In this document: positions 61,616 through 64,000 of the stretch, piece after piece
Layout: each line of letters opens with the position of its first letter
How positions within the stretch are numbered: position 1 is the stretch's first letter
NCBI RefSeq assembly: GCF_963921235.1
Contig: NC_086097.1
Location: 116,686,001-116,750,000 of the forward strand
Source: Mobula hypostoma
Taxonomy: Eukaryota
Direction of reading: 5' to 3'
DNA length: 64,000 nt
Position numbers and translations under genes: made by a program
Notes under the pieces: generated by a model
Seen by the model: the letters and a program-made list of their open reading frames with translations, nothing else
Told to the model about the DNA's origin: nothing
Databases searched by the model: none

Positions 61616-61860
61616 TACAGCCCTGTAAAGGGCCTTCAGGGCAAGCGAGCCAGCGCCGCTGCCCAATTACATTGATGTGACCAGCTAGCGTACTAATCTG
61701 TACATCTTTGGAATGTGGGAGGAAACCAGAGCACCTGGTGGAAGCCGATGTGGTCACAGGGAGGACGTACAAACTCCTTACAGAGGCCAGCAGGAACTGA
61801 AGCCAAACGGCTGGTGCTGTAATGTCATTACACCAGCTGCTACTCTGCACGCCACTCTCT
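61616..61860 (-). mobile_element. V-domain SINE
   Basis: Reverse complement contains GCTTCCACCAGGTGCTCTGGTTTCCTCCCACATTCCAAAGA. Confidence 0.65.
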
Positions 61861-62707
61861 ATGCTACTGTGATTGATCTGTTTTGCCAAAAACTGAGGTT
61901 GAAAATCCACCCTATAATCTTGGCAATTAGACTGAGTGAATCAATAGAGCAGTCCTGAAACTCCAGTTGCAAATTAGTAAAATAGATATGGAAGATATTA
62001 TATCCACTGGCCAATGATAACTGACCAGATGTCACTGGTAAGTGAGCGGTAATTTCACAGAATGGAGCACGTCTAGGTCAAAGAATTATTCAGCAGGAAA
62101 GGAGATGAAAGCAGAATCCAAGAAGTCTGTTACATGAAAATTAAAATAGATATTGAAAAGGGGTAAAAACATGGGAACAGCATAGGGAAATGAGGTTAAG
62201 CAGATAACTGCTTCAAAATTTTGTGCAATTCTGTTAACTTGTGGAGCTCCATGGCACTAATATTGCACAGTTATGATAGATCAAGTACATTTTGTACTGC
62301 TGTTATTACTCTATTACCTTTCTGTTCTTTTTACACACAATTAATTACACTTGTTGTAGCTTGATTATTATATGCAGTGGCATGCAAATGTTTGGGCACC
62401 CTGATCAAAATGTATTTTACTGTGAATAGTTAAGTGAGTAGAAGATGAACTGATCTCCAAAAGTCATAAAGTTAAAGATGAAACATTCTTTTCAACATTT
62501 TAAGCAAGATTAGTGTATTATTTTTGTTTTGTACAATTTTAGAGTGAAAAAAAGGAAAGGAGCACCATGCAAAAGTTTGGGCACCCCAAGAGATTTGAGC
62601 TCTCAGATAACTTTTACCAAGGTCTCAGACCTTAATTAGCTTGTTAGGGTTATGGCTTGTTCACAGTCATCATTGGGAAAGGCCAGGTGATGCAAATTTC
62701 AAATCTT

Positions 62708-62715
62708 TATAAATA
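62708..62715 (+). promoter_or_regulatory. TATA-box-like motif upstream of the Tc1 transposase
   Basis: TATAAATA 46 bp before the ATG at 62754. Reverse CCAAT at ~62672. Confidence 0.4.
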
Positions 62716-62753
62716 CCCAGACTCCTCAAACCTTGTCCCCACAATCAGCAGCC

Positions 62754-63776
62754 ATGGGCTCCTCTAAGCAGCTGCCTAGCACTCTAAAAATTAAAATAGA
62801 TGATGCCCACAAAGCAGGAGAAGGCTATAAAAAGATAGCAAAGCATTTCCAGGTAGCCATTTCCTCAGTTCATAATGTAATTAAGAAAAGGCAGTTAACA
62901 GCAACTGTTGAGGTCAAGTTGAGGTCTGGAGGGCCAAGAAAAATTTCCGAGAGAACTACTCGTAGGATTGCTAGATAGGCAAATCAAAACCCCTGTTTGA
63001 CTACAAAAGACTTTCAGGAAGATTTAGCAGACTCTGGAGTGGTGGTGCACTGTTCTACTATGCAGCGACACCTGTACAAATATGACCTTCATGGAAGAGT
63101 CATCAGAAGAAAACCTTTCCTGCATCCTCATCACAAAATTCAGCTTCAGAAGTTTGCAAAGGAACATCTAAACAAGGCTGATGCATTTTGGAAACAAGTC
63201 CTGCAGACTGATGAAGTTAAAATACAACTTCCTGGCCGCAATGAGCGAAGGTATGTTTGGTGAAAGGAGGGTGCAGAATTTCATGAAAAGAACAACTTTT
63301 CAGCTGTTAAGCACGGGGGTGGATCGATCATGCTTCAGGCTTGTGTGGCAGCCAGTGGCATGGGGAACATTTCACTGGTAGAGGGAAGAATGAATTCAAT
63401 TAAATACCAGCAAATTCTGGAAGCAAACATCACACCGTCTGTAAAAAAAGCTGGAGATGAAAAGAGGATGGCTTCAACAACAGGATAATGATCCTAAACA
63501 CACCTCAAAATCCACAATGGACTACCTCAAGAGGTGCAAGCTGAAGGTTTTGCCATGGCCCTCACAGTCCCCAGACCTAAACATCATTTAAAATCTGTGG
63601 ATAGACCTCAAAAGAGCAGTGCATGCAAGACGGCCCAAGAATCTCACAAACTAGAAGCCTTTTGCAAGTAAGAATGGGTAAAAATCTCCCAAACAAGAAT
63701 TGAAAGACTCTTAGCTGGCTACAGAAAGCGTTTACAAGCTGTGATACTTGCCAAAGGGGGTGTTACTAAGTATTGA
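62754..63776 (+). pseudogene. Tc1 DD34E transposase (~340 codons), inactivated
   Basis: MGSSKQL...GYKKIAK HTH; TDE (D at 63210); QDND (D at 63484); SPDLNI then TAA at 63589 in the catalytic E position; ends GGVTKY. Four stops and two compensating frameshifts. Confidence 0.93.
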
Positions 63777-64000
63777 CCATGCAGGGTACCCAAACATTTG
63801 CTTCGGGCCCTTTTCCTTTTCTGTTATTTTGAAACTGTAGAAGATGGAAATAAAAAAGTCATCTTGATTAAGATATTAAAGAAATATGTCATCTTTAACT
63901 TTATGCCTTTTGGAAATCAATTCATCTTTTACTCGCTTAGCTATTCGCAGTAACAGAAATTTTGACCGGGGTGCCCAAACTTTTGCATACCACTGTACAT

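Larger units (their letters stand above)
62375..63995 (+). mobile_element. Complete IR/DR-type Tc1 DNA transposon (1621 bp)
   Basis: CAGTGG...CCACTG termini. ~212-bp imperfect inverted repeats (62375-62587 and 63784-63995) with outer and inner TGCAAAAGTTTGGGCACCCC-type direct repeats. TA on the right flank, TG on the left. Confidence 0.95.

Noticed and set aside
1..64000. Prokaryotic-type systems (CRISPR array, retron, DGR, group II intron, operon) suggested by the many RT ORFs
   Set aside because: Every RT has non-LTR or Penelope retrotransposon motifs, tails or TSDs. There is no regularly spaced repeat-spacer array and no operon structure.

Overview
This is eukaryotic, repeat-dominated DNA with no recognisable host protein-coding gene, RNA gene or prokaryotic system. 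The repeat mix (CR1-type LINEs, V-domain tRNA SINEs, Rex1/Babar, Penelope-like fragments) suggests an intron or intergenic region of a cartilaginous fish; that assignment is inference. Best-supported elements: (1) a full-length L1-clade LINE at 15682-21492 with intact ORF1, a lightly disrupted ORF2, a poly(A) tail and a perfect 15-bp TSD; (2) a three-tier nest of CR1 LINEs at 23970-31080 whose innermost ORF2 has only one premature stop; (3) a CR1 copy lacking its RT core; (4) a Vingi/Ingi-like LINE; (5) a complete but dead IR/DR-type DD34E Tc1 transposon at 62375-63995; (6) three unrelated solo LTRs delimited by TG...CA termini and TSDs; (7) a Chapaev3-like transposase fossil that is absent from the ORF track; (8) Penelope-like fragments with hammerhead-like cores; (9) a ~310-bp (TTC)n tract that appears to be the tail of a short RTE derivative. 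I found no evidence of a wholly new biological system. Family names come from my recall of protein motifs, not from database searches, and boundaries of degraded fragments are approximate.
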